Below, in pieces: positions 14,877 to 22,179 of a stretch of 38,563 nt of DNA (position 1 is the stretch's first letter; every line of letters starts with the position of its first letter). Position numbers and translations under genes: made by a program. The notes under the pieces are model-generated. The model saw only the letters and a program-made list of their open reading frames with translations, searched no databases and had not been told where the DNA came from. The DNA is from Candidatus Omnitrophica bacterium CG11_big_fil_rev_8_21_14_0_20_63_9 (lineage in GTDB: Bacteria > Omnitrophota > Gorgyraeia > Aquiviventales > Aquiviventaceae): contig PCVX01000052.1 in NCBI GenBank assembly GCA_002796105.1, positions 1 to 38,563 of the forward strand, given 5' to 3'.

Positions 14877-15701
14877 ATGAAACGCATCCGCTGGAGCCGG
14901 GTGGTGATCGTGGGGGTCCTCACGCTGGGGGCGCTGGGCATGATCCTGCCGTATTACTGGATGGTGCTCTCCTCCATCAAGCCGCCGGAGGAGCTGTACA
15001 CCTACCCGCCGCGCTTCGTGGTGTTTCACCCCACGCTGAAAGCCTACATCGAGCTCTTCACGCTGCTGCCCATGGCCCGCGCGCTGCTCAACAGCGTCTT
15101 CGTGGCCTCGGCGGTGACGGTCAGCAACCTGTTGTTCTGTTCGCTGGCGGGCTACGCGTTCGCCAAGCTGCGCTTCCCGGGGCGGGACGGGATCTTCCTG
15201 GTCCTGTTGTTCTCGCTGATGATTCCCTGGCAGGTCAACCTGATCCCCGGCTTCGTGATCATCAAGCAGCTGGGGTGGCTAAATTCCTTCTGGGCGCTGA
15301 TCATCCCGAAGCTCGCGCTGCCGTTTGGCATCTTCCTGTGCCGCCAGTACATCATGAGCATTCCGGACGCGCTCATCGAGGCGGCACGCATCGACGGCTG
15401 CACCGAGCTGGGCATCTACCGGCGCGTGATCCTCCCCCTCATCGTGCCGGCGCTGGCGACGCTGGCGATCTTCACCTTCCTTGCGCAGTGGAACGACTTT
15501 GTGTGGCCGTTGATCGTGATCCAATCGCGCGACATGCGCACCGTGCCACTGATCATCCAGGTGCTCAACGGGCAGTTCGGCGCCAACTTCGCGATGATCA
15601 TGGCCGGCGCGCTGGTGGTCACGCTGCCGATGCTCCTGATTTTCCTGGTGTTCCAGCGGCAGTTCATCCGCGGGGTGTTCCTGACCACGGTGAGAGAATG
15701 A
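14877..15701 (+). CDS. Carbohydrate ABC transporter permease (MalG/UgpE-like)
   Basis: It has six hydrophobic segments and the EAA loop IEAARIDGCTELGIYRRVILPL. The ~274-aa size fits. Confidence 0.9.
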   Translation: MKRIRWSRVVIVGVLTLGALGMILPYYWMVLSSIKPPEELYTYPPRFVVFHPTLKAYIELFTLLPMARALLNSVFVASAVTVSNLLFCSLAGYAFAKLRFPGRDGIFLVLLFSLMIPWQVNLIPGFVIIKQLGWLNSFWALIIPKLALPFGIFLCRQYIMSIPDALIEAARIDGCTELGIYRRVILPLIVPALATLAIFTFLAQWNDFVWPLIVIQSRDMRTVPLIIQVLNGQFGANFAMIMAGALVVTLPMLLIFLVFQRQFIRGVFLTTVRE

Positions 15702-17515
15702 CACCACGCCTTGCGCCTGCCGTGCTCGCGCTCGGGTTGCTGTGGCTTGGACCAGCGCCGGTCGAGGCGGCTCCGCCCAAATTGAGGTCAGCTGCGGCGG
15801 CCGCGGCGACCATCCAGCGGTTTGAGCGTTGCGAGCTGACGATTCAGGTCGACGGCGCGGTCAAGAACCCGTTCGATCCGGATGAAATCTCCATCGATGC
15901 GGTGTTTTCGCCTCCCAAGGGTGCTTCCATCACCGTGCCGGGGTTTTACATGCAGCCCTACCGGCGCATGGCTAACGGCGGCCGGGGGACGGTCGAAGAA
16001 GACGGCCCGCCGGTCTGGAAGGTGCGCTACACCCCCCGCCAAGCCGGACGCTGGTCCTATGAAGTGCGGCTGCGCACCGCCGCCGGCGTGCAACGCTTGG
16101 CCCAGCAGCCGCTGCTGGTCACCGAATCGACGAATAAAGGCTTTATCCAGCTCGATCCGAAGACCAAGCAGTTCCGGTTTGAAACCGGCGAGTCGTTTAT
16201 CCCCATCGGCGAGAACGTCTGTTGGGGGCCCGGAACCAACCCCAACAAATCCTACGACCAGTGGCTCCAGCAATTGGCGCTCAACCGGGCGAACTACGCC
16301 CGCTTATGGTTTGCGCCCTGGGGGTTCCGGCTGGAAACGAAAGACACCAAAGCCGGCTGGTATGACCAGCTCCGGGCATGGCAAGTCGATCAGCTCTTCG
16401 AGCGCAGCGAAGCGGAAGGCATCTACTGGCAAGTCTGCATGCTCAACCACGGCAGCTTCAGCCGCACCCAAGATGCGGATTGGCAGAACAACCCCTACAA
16501 CGAGATCATGGGAGGGCCCTGCCGCCAGCCGAACGATTTCCTGGTGAATCCGCTGGCCAAGAAGCTCTTTGAGCGCCTCCTGCGCTACACCGTCAGCCGG
16601 TGGGGCTACAGTCCGCAGGTGGCCAGTTGGGAGCTGTTCAACGAGGCGGACTTCGGCGACTTCAAGTACCCCGATCTGGTCGCCTGGACAGGGGATATGA
16701 GCCAGTTCCTTCGAAGCATCGACGTCAACCATGCTCGGCCGCTGACGACCAGCTTCCATAAAGCGAGCGGAGAAGAGGTGTGGAAGCTGCCCGGGATCGA
16801 CACCGTTCAGCTGCATGTCTATGATCGCCGCGATTTTGGAGAGGCATTCGGCAGCTCCAAGCTGACCGAGCTGAAGCGCACGTACCAGAAGCCGGTGTTC
16901 ATCGGGGAGTTCGGCTGGATCCAGGACGTCGTGCGCAAGTTCGATAACCTCGGCATCCACATGCATGAAGGGCTCTGGGCCAGCATGATCGGGGGTGCAG
17001 CCGGCAGCGCCATGATTTGGTATTGGGACACGTATGTCGCTCCCAATAAGCTGGAGCAACACTTCCGAGGTTTGGAGGCGTTTTGGCGGGGGGAGGCGCT
17101 TGGAATCCACACCCAGCCTGCCACGGTATCGGTCTCCAAGGAAGGGTTGGCGGGCTGGGGGCTGTCGGGAACCGACCGGACCTACATCTGGATCAAGAAC
17201 CGCGCGCACACCGTGGACCAATACATCGCGTACCGCTGCGAGGTTGCCAAGCGGCGGCTGCGGCATGCGCGGGGGGAACGCACAATTCCGCTGGAGCCGT
17301 ATGCGCCTCCGCTCATCCAGGGGGCAGAGCTGACCATCAGCGGCCTCCAGACGCTGGGGCGCTACCGGATCGAGTGGTGGGACACCTACCGGGGCCGGAT
17401 CATCTCGCGGGAGCTGGTGAATTCGCGCTGGGGCAAAGTGACGGTCACCATGCCGGACGTACGTTTTGACATCGCGGCGAAGTTGATCAAGCTGCAATGG
17501 TGGGAGCGCGGATGA
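15698..17515 (+). CDS. Secreted glycoside hydrolase, clan GH-A (GH5-like) with a DUF5060-like N-terminal beta-sandwich
   Basis: ATG 15698 overlaps the permease stop (ATGA). The signal peptide is MTPRLAPAVLALGLLWLGPAPVEA/AP. The N-domain pattern FERCELTI...DAVFSPPKGASITVPGFY...WKVRYTPRQAGRWSY fits DUF5060. The candidate acid/base is in WELFNEADF (NE) and the candidate nucleophile in VFIGEFGW. The first 141 codons of track ORF 15275.. are an out-of-frame read-through of the permease gene. Confidence 0.7.
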   Translation: MTPRLAPAVLALGLLWLGPAPVEAAPPKLRSAAAAAATIQRFERCELTIQVDGAVKNPFDPDEISIDAVFSPPKGASITVPGFYMQPYRRMANGGRGTVEEDGPPVWKVRYTPRQAGRWSYEVRLRTAAGVQRLAQQPLLVTESTNKGFIQLDPKTKQFRFETGESFIPIGENVCWGPGTNPNKSYDQWLQQLALNRANYARLWFAPWGFRLETKDTKAGWYDQLRAWQVDQLFERSEAEGIYWQVCMLNHGSFSRTQDADWQNNPYNEIMGGPCRQPNDFLVNPLAKKLFERLLRYTVSRWGYSPQVASWELFNEADFGDFKYPDLVAWTGDMSQFLRSIDVNHARPLTTSFHKASGEEVWKLPGIDTVQLHVYDRRDFGEAFGSSKLTELKRTYQKPVFIGEFGWIQDVVRKFDNLGIHMHEGLWASMIGGAAGSAMIWYWDTYVAPNKLEQHFRGLEAFWRGEALGIHTQPATVSVSKEGLAGWGLSGTDRTYIWIKNRAHTVDQYIAYRCEVAKRRLRHARGERTIPLEPYAPPLIQGAELTISGLQTLGRYRIEWWDTYRGRIISRELVNSRWGKVTVTMPDVRFDIAAKLIKLQWWERG

Positions 17516-18399
17516 GGATGGGGCGGGGGGCAGGGGGCGGGGGGCGGGGGTGCTGGTTCCTGGTGGCGACCTGCGTGTGGCTGGGATCAGCCGTGCCGGT
17601 TGCCGCCCACTCCGAGGAGTCGGCTATCAGCCTGCGGAGCTACACACCCATCACCGTAGATGGTACACTTAATGATTGGGTGCGCCGTTTGGAAAGCAGC
17701 AACTGGACCGCCCAGCTGGAGATCAAAAAGGGCAAGGTCTATGAGTGGATCCGGGCGGTGCCGACGTACCTCAACACGACCATGGCCAGGGTGGAGTCCG
17801 GGACGATCAAGAACGCCGAGGACTTCTCGGCGGTGGTCTACACCTTGTGGGACGATACGTATCTGTATATCGCTGCGGTCGTGACGGATAATGAGGTGGT
17901 CACCCAGCAGCAGGGCGAGAACATCTGGCAGGATGACGGGCTGGAGCTGTGGATCGACTGCCGCCACGATGCGGTGACCAACACGCTCTTTCAGGAGGAT
18001 GAGTACCAGTTGGGATTCTCTCCGGCGAGCCAGTATCGCCAGGAGCCGGTGGGGTGGGTGTGGCGCAATCCCAACTCGGAGCCGACGCGCAAGGCATTGC
18101 GGGTGGCCTCCGCCGCCAAGCCCGGCGGGTACGTCATCGAGGCGTCGGTGCCGTGGAAAGCGTTGACCGGCTGCCAGCCGACGTATGGCGGGATGATCGG
18201 GTTCAACCTGTCGATGGTGGATAAAGATGAAGACCAACTCTGGACGCATATCACGTGGTCAGGGCAGCTGCACTCCAATCCGAGCCAGTTCGGGCATTTG
18301 TTTTTCGTCGATGCACCGGTGGACCTGTTCCCCTCGGATGTCTTCGAGGTGCCGGCCACCGGCTCATCGCTGGAGGAGATCCTTGGCTCGCCCAAGTAA
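17497..18399 (+). CDS. Secreted CBM9/DOMON-like carbohydrate-binding protein
   Basis: The signal peptide is ...CWFLVATCVWLGSAVPVAA/HSE. Typical CBM9-like motifs are present: ITVDGTLNDW, LWDDTYLYIAAVVTDNEVV, WQDDGLELWID and GYVIEASVPWKAL. The start is ambiguous (ATG 17497, 17512 or 17518), and all three lie on a G-run tract. Confidence 0.65.
   Translation: MVGARMRMGRGAGGGGRGCWFLVATCVWLGSAVPVAAHSEESAISLRSYTPITVDGTLNDWVRRLESSNWTAQLEIKKGKVYEWIRAVPTYLNTTMARVESGTIKNAEDFSAVVYTLWDDTYLYIAAVVTDNEVVTQQQGENIWQDDGLELWIDCRHDAVTNTLFQEDEYQLGFSPASQYRQEPVGWVWRNPNSEPTRKALRVASAAKPGGYVIEASVPWKALTGCQPTYGGMIGFNLSMVDKDEDQLWTHITWSGQLHSNPSQFGHLFFVDAPVDLFPSDVFEVPATGSSLEEILGSPK
17520..17550 (+). other. G-quadruplex-capable tract (five G4-6 runs) on the sense strand at the start of the CBM9-like CDS
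   Basis: The sequence is GGGGCGGGGGGCAGGGGGCGGGGGGCGGGGG, translated as GRGAGGGGRG. It shares the 13-mer TGGGGCGGGGGGC with the tract at 29612. Confidence 0.6.
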
Positions 18400-18979
18400 G
18401 TGGATCATTGGAACGTGGTTGATCGGCCTGAGCCTCACCGCCGCGCCTGTCGGAGCGACGGAAATCGTCATTTACGGGTTTGAAGGAAGCCCTGAGGGGT
18501 GGGTGATCCCGGATTGGGCGAAGGCCTCCGCCGATTATGTCGCGCAAGATTTCACCGTCTCGCAGTCCCAGGCCGGGGAAGGGCAGCATGCGCTGGAATT
18601 GCACGCTGATTTTCCCGGCGGTCGATGGACCGGCGCGTACATCGAGCGCGAGGTGGAAGTCACCGACTGGATGCCGTTCGGCCGCCTCTCCGCGGATGTG
18701 TTCGTCCCGGCGGATGCGCCCCAAGGGCTGACCGGCAAGCTCATTTTAACCGTCGGCGACCAATGGACCTGGACCGAGATGAACCGCTCCATCCCCCTCA
18801 CGCCAGGCGAATGGACGACGATCTCGGTGGGGCTTAAGCCGGGCAGCATGGATTGGAAATTTTTCCCTGACGATAATTTTCGCGCCAGCGTGAAGAAAAT
18901 CGGCGTGCGGATCGAGTCGAACAAGGCCCCGGTCTATCAAGGCTCGGTCTTCGTCGACAACATCCGCCTCGCCGAATAA
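18383..18979 (+). CDS. Secreted CBM-like (galactose-binding-like beta-sandwich, inferred) protein, paralog A
   Basis: There is no in-frame ATG before the signal peptide. TTG 18383 gives (M)ARPSKWIIGTWLIGLSLTAAPVGA/TE. The protein is highly similar to the next gene (LTVGDQWTWTEMNR, LKPGS.DWKFFPDDNFR, DNIRL). Confidence 0.6.
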   Translation: MARPSKWIIGTWLIGLSLTAAPVGATEIVIYGFEGSPEGWVIPDWAKASADYVAQDFTVSQSQAGEGQHALELHADFPGGRWTGAYIEREVEVTDWMPFGRLSADVFVPADAPQGLTGKLILTVGDQWTWTEMNRSIPLTPGEWTTISVGLKPGSMDWKFFPDDNFRASVKKIGVRIESNKAPVYQGSVFVDNIRLAE

Positions 18980-19014
18980 GCACGACCGCTTCATCGCAAA
19001 CAAAGGAGGGTGTC

Positions 19015-19623
19015 ATGTCTCACCGTAGGTGGAATCGGCTGGGAGCCGGGGTGCTCGGCTGCCTGCTGGTAGGAACCGTGGCCTCGGCTCAAAGCCAAAG
19101 CGAGCCGCTGGTCATTTTTGATTTCGAAGATTCGATGCAGGACTGGGCCATTCCCGATTGGGCCAAAGAAAAGGAAGAGGATGTCGGGCGGGTGCTCAGC
19201 TTGTCGCAGGAGATCGCCTCCAGCGGGGTGGGGTCGCTGCAGCTGCTGGCGGACTTCCCGGGCGAAATTTGGACCGGGGCCTACATCGAAGTCTTCATGC
19301 ACGTGACCGATTGGACGCCGTTTAGCACGATGTCGATCGACGTCTACCTGCCGCCCGATGCGCCCACGGGTCTGGATGCGCGGTGGATCCTGACCGTCGG
19401 CGACCAGTGGACCTGGACCGAGATGAACCGGGCCATCACGCTTGAGCCGGGCAAATGGACGACGGTGACCGCCAACCTGAAGCCGGGCAGCCTGGACTGG
19501 AAGTTTTTCCCGGATGACAACTTCCGCAGGGACATCCGCAAGGTGGGATTCCGGGTGGAGAGCAATCACAAGCCTGTCTACTCCGGGCCGGTTTACTTCG
19601 ATAATATCCGCTTGAATCCCTGA
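19015..19623 (+). CDS. Secreted CBM-like protein, paralog B
   Basis: An SD (AAGGAGGG) lies 4-5 nt before ATG 19015. The signal peptide is ...LLVGTVASA/QSQ. It is collinear with paralog A along its whole length. Confidence 0.75.
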   Translation: MSHRRWNRLGAGVLGCLLVGTVASAQSQSEPLVIFDFEDSMQDWAIPDWAKEKEEDVGRVLSLSQEIASSGVGSLQLLADFPGEIWTGAYIEVFMHVTDWTPFSTMSIDVYLPPDAPTGLDARWILTVGDQWTWTEMNRAITLEPGKWTTVTANLKPGSLDWKFFPDDNFRRDIRKVGFRVESNHKPVYSGPVYFDNIRLNP

Positions 19624-19639
19624 CGCGTTCCCTCCATCC

Positions 19640-19683
19640 ATCAGCTCCCCGCGGCTGCGAAGCCCGGGGGGCTGATGTTTTTT
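19640..19683 (+). terminator. Rho-independent terminator
   Basis: The stem is ATCAGC(T)CCCCG ... CGGGG(G)GCTGAT, followed by GTTTTTTGGG (T-run 19678-19683). It lies immediately after the stop at 19623. Confidence 0.7.
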
Positions 19684-19691
19684 GGGCGTTG

Positions 19692-19700
19692 TGGTATGAT
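19692..19700 (+). promoter_or_regulatory. Extended -10-like element (TGGTATGAT) upstream of the solute-binding-protein gene
   Basis: A TGn + TATGAT element lies just after the terminator, ~40 nt upstream of ATG 19740. That start has an AGGAGG SD at 19725-19730. The -35 element is weak. Confidence 0.3.
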
Positions 19701-19739
19701 CATCATCTCGTGACCGCGAACGCCAGGAGGAGTCAGCAC

Positions 19740-20960
19740 ATGAAGCGATGGATCGCTCTCGGCTGCGCCCTACTCATCTGCGGCTGTGGTTCTCGCAAGA
19801 CCGATTCGGTCGAACTCACCATGTGGCTCATCGGCTCCGAAGCGCAGGCGCAAGCCATCAACGCGCTGGCCGAGCCGTTCATGAAGCGGACCGGGGTCCG
19901 CGTGCGTTGCGAAGCCATCTCCTGGGGCGAGGCGCACAGCAAATACCTCACCGCGGTGGCCGGGGGAGTCGAGCCGGACATCGGGACGATGGGCCTCACC
20001 TGGGGCGTCGAGTTCGGCCGCCTCGGCGCGCTCATTGATCTCTCCCAGGCATTTCCCCAAGACCTCCCTGCGATTCGGAAGAACACCTTCCCGGGCATGT
20101 GGGACTCGATCGAGCATGGCGGGACGGTCTACGGCATTCCCTTCGACTTGACGCTGCAGGTGCTTTACTACCGCACCGACATCATCTCCAAGCTCCCGCA
20201 GACCTGGGACGATTTGGGCGCGCTGCTGGAGCGGCTGCGCAAGGACAACCGGCGCATGATCGTCGACTGGGGCAATCTCAGCTGGATCGGGTATGCGCCG
20301 TTCCTCTGGCAGGCCGGCGGAGATTTCTATACCACCGACCAGGCGACTGTCACCCTCGATTCGCCCGAAGCGGCCCGCGGCTTGGAATTTTTCCGAGATT
20401 TGTACACGCGCTACGATGTGCCCCGTACGTCGATTCCGATCGAGCAGGGGCTGCGAACCGGCGACTTTCCCTTGGCGCTGTCCGGCAACTGGAAAATCAT
20501 GAGCCTGTCAGCCGGCGTGCCGGAGATCGCCGGCAAATGGACGATCGGTTTGCTGCCGAAGGGTCCGACCGGGAAGCGGACGGCGTTCCTGGGCGGGCGC
20601 ATCATGGCGATCTTCAAGCGCTCGAAGCACCAGGAGCAGGCATGGCAATTTCTCCAATACCTCTTCTCGGAGCCTTCGGTGCAAGCTCAGCTCTATCAAA
20701 AGGGGATTGAAACGCAGGATGCGTATCTGCCGCCGAACGTCTCCGGCTGGAAAGATCTGCCGATGGATGAGGCGATGAAGTCGGTCATGACCCAGCAAGC
20801 ACAGGATGCCAAGGGTCCGCCCGCCGCCCCGGGCTGGACCGAGACGACGCACGTCGTCGAGGCGGCGATTCAGAAGGTGATCCTGCAGGGGGCCGATCCG
20901 AAGGCGGAGCTCAAGACGGCGTCCGAGGCGATGCGCAAGGCGCTGCAGCAGCAGCCGTGA
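19740..20960 (+). CDS. ABC transporter extracellular solute-binding lipoprotein (family 1, carbohydrate type)
   Basis: An AGGAGG SD is present. The lipobox is MKRWIALGCALLIC/GCGS. The ~406-aa size and the motifs (WGEAHSKYLTAVAGG..PD, YGIPFD, LYYRTD) are typical of sugar-binding proteins. Confidence 0.85.
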   Translation: MKRWIALGCALLICGCGSRKTDSVELTMWLIGSEAQAQAINALAEPFMKRTGVRVRCEAISWGEAHSKYLTAVAGGVEPDIGTMGLTWGVEFGRLGALIDLSQAFPQDLPAIRKNTFPGMWDSIEHGGTVYGIPFDLTLQVLYYRTDIISKLPQTWDDLGALLERLRKDNRRMIVDWGNLSWIGYAPFLWQAGGDFYTTDQATVTLDSPEAARGLEFFRDLYTRYDVPRTSIPIEQGLRTGDFPLALSGNWKIMSLSAGVPEIAGKWTIGLLPKGPTGKRTAFLGGRIMAIFKRSKHQEQAWQFLQYLFSEPSVQAQLYQKGIETQDAYLPPNVSGWKDLPMDEAMKSVMTQQAQDAKGPPAAPGWTETTHVVEAAIQKVILQGADPKAELKTASEAMRKALQQQP

Positions 20961-20961
20961 G

Positions 20962-22080
20962 TCAGAAGAACACGCCGATCTTGCCGAAGACTTCGAAGGA
21001 ATCGCTGGTGTTGCGGCCGGCCACGATGTCCGTATAGCCGAGCTCGACGTTCACGGTGGGGCCGCCGTCTCGAAAGACCGAAGCAAATCCATCGCCCCAC
21101 ACGTTGAAAATCCCGCGCAGTCCCACTTTGGAGAAATCTTCCACCGCCTCGTTCGTGCTTTTGATGCTGAACACGCTTTCTAGCGAGCCCACCAGCATCA
21201 GGCGGCGCAGCGGCGTAAATCCCGCCTCGAACACGAGCGGCACTTCATTGGCGGGGTCTTCGTTGCGGGCGGTGAACCCTCCTTCTACGTTCACAAAGGC
21301 CACCCGGTCGTAGCGCGTTTCGAGCTCCTCCGCCCACGCCATCTCGTCAGCCGCCTCTTCCTGCGCCCGCGGGGCTTCGGGGTCTCCCAGGCTCACGCGC
21401 GGTGTGTCCAACGAAGCCGCCGGCGTTTCAGGCAACAACCGGCGTGCGGCGGCCACAGCTTGCTGCATTGCCTCGTCACGCTCCACTAAGACGCGCTCCG
21501 TCATTGACGGTTGTGAGGCCGTCTCAGTGCGTGCCGGAGGCGCTGATGTCCTGCGCCGGCGCTTCACCGTCTGCTGCGGGCCGAACATCCACGAGCGGCT
21601 CAATTGCAGCCGCGTGTCGAAGTCCACTTGTCCATCGCCAAGCCCCGGGCTTTCCAGCGGATCATAGGCGCTGGGAATTTTCACGCTGAACTGCACGCTG
21701 CCGACCACCGGGTTGGTCAGCCAGCGCAGCTTGGTCCGGACGTGGATGTCGCCGACGTTCGCGTTGAGCAAATCGATGTTGCTGTCCTGATAGTGCGAGG
21801 ATTGATAGGGCACGCTGGCCAGCACGTTCCACCAGTCGGTGAGGCCGTATTCGAGTTTGAGCTCGTGACGGATGTCGCGGAAGCTGGCGGATTTGGCGCG
21901 TCGGCTGGTATTGCGCCGGGCGTCAAACTCCTTCTTCGAGCCGAGGTAGCGGGCGAAGTATTCCGCGTACCAGCGGTTGCGAGGGACGGTCCAGGCACCG
22001 GCAAAGGCTTGGGTGGGAAGGGGGAGGCACAGACACGCAATGAGCAGGCAAGTCTGGAATCGTCGTTTCATCCAGCGCAT
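20962..22080 (-). CDS. Outer-membrane beta-barrel protein with a charged internal insertion
   Basis: The signal peptide is ...CLCLPLPTQAFA/GAW. The protein has alternating aromatic/polar strands and a C-terminal beta-signal, FEVFGKIGVFF. A ~90-aa Arg/Glu/Ala/Pro-rich insertion (KRRRRTSAPP...AEELETRYD) interrupts the barrel. The stop lies 1 nt from the convergent SBP stop. Confidence 0.65.
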   Translation of the reverse strand: MRWMKRRFQTCLLIACLCLPLPTQAFAGAWTVPRNRWYAEYFARYLGSKKEFDARRNTSRRAKSASFRDIRHELKLEYGLTDWWNVLASVPYQSSHYQDSNIDLLNANVGDIHVRTKLRWLTNPVVGSVQFSVKIPSAYDPLESPGLGDGQVDFDTRLQLSRSWMFGPQQTVKRRRRTSAPPARTETASQPSMTERVLVERDEAMQQAVAAARRLLPETPAASLDTPRVSLGDPEAPRAQEEAADEMAWAEELETRYDRVAFVNVEGGFTARNEDPANEVPLVFEAGFTPLRRLMLVGSLESVFSIKSTNEAVEDFSKVGLRGIFNVWGDGFASVFRDGGPTVNVELGYTDIVAGRNTSDSFEVFGKIGVFF

Positions 22081-22140
22081 CAGTAGCTTAGGAGAGTCAT
22101 GCTACGAAGTCAAGCAACTTTAAAAAACTCTCAAGCTACC

Positions 22141-22170
22141 TTGACAAACTTCCTAAACTCCTATAAGAAT
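22141..22170 (+). promoter_or_regulatory. Candidate promoter/operator region for the ROK regulator
   Basis: TTGACA lies at 22141-22146, with TATAAG/AAGAAT 15-18 nt downstream. It is embedded in direct TCAAGC and AAACT repeats and a GTCAAG...CTTGAC inverted repeat (22108-22144). Confidence 0.3.
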
Positions 22171-22179
22171 AGGAGCACT

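Noticed and set aside
15275-15697. The N-terminal 141 codons of ORF 15275..17515.
   Set aside because: This is an alternative frame running over the second permease gene. ATG 15698 overlaps the permease stop (ATGA) and immediately gives a signal peptide.
13947-15701. Absence of an ABC ATPase gene next to the two permeases, considered as an anomaly.
   Set aside because: Carbohydrate (CUT1-type) ABC loci commonly lack their own ATPase and use a shared MsiK/MalK-like protein encoded elsewhere. This is ordinary.
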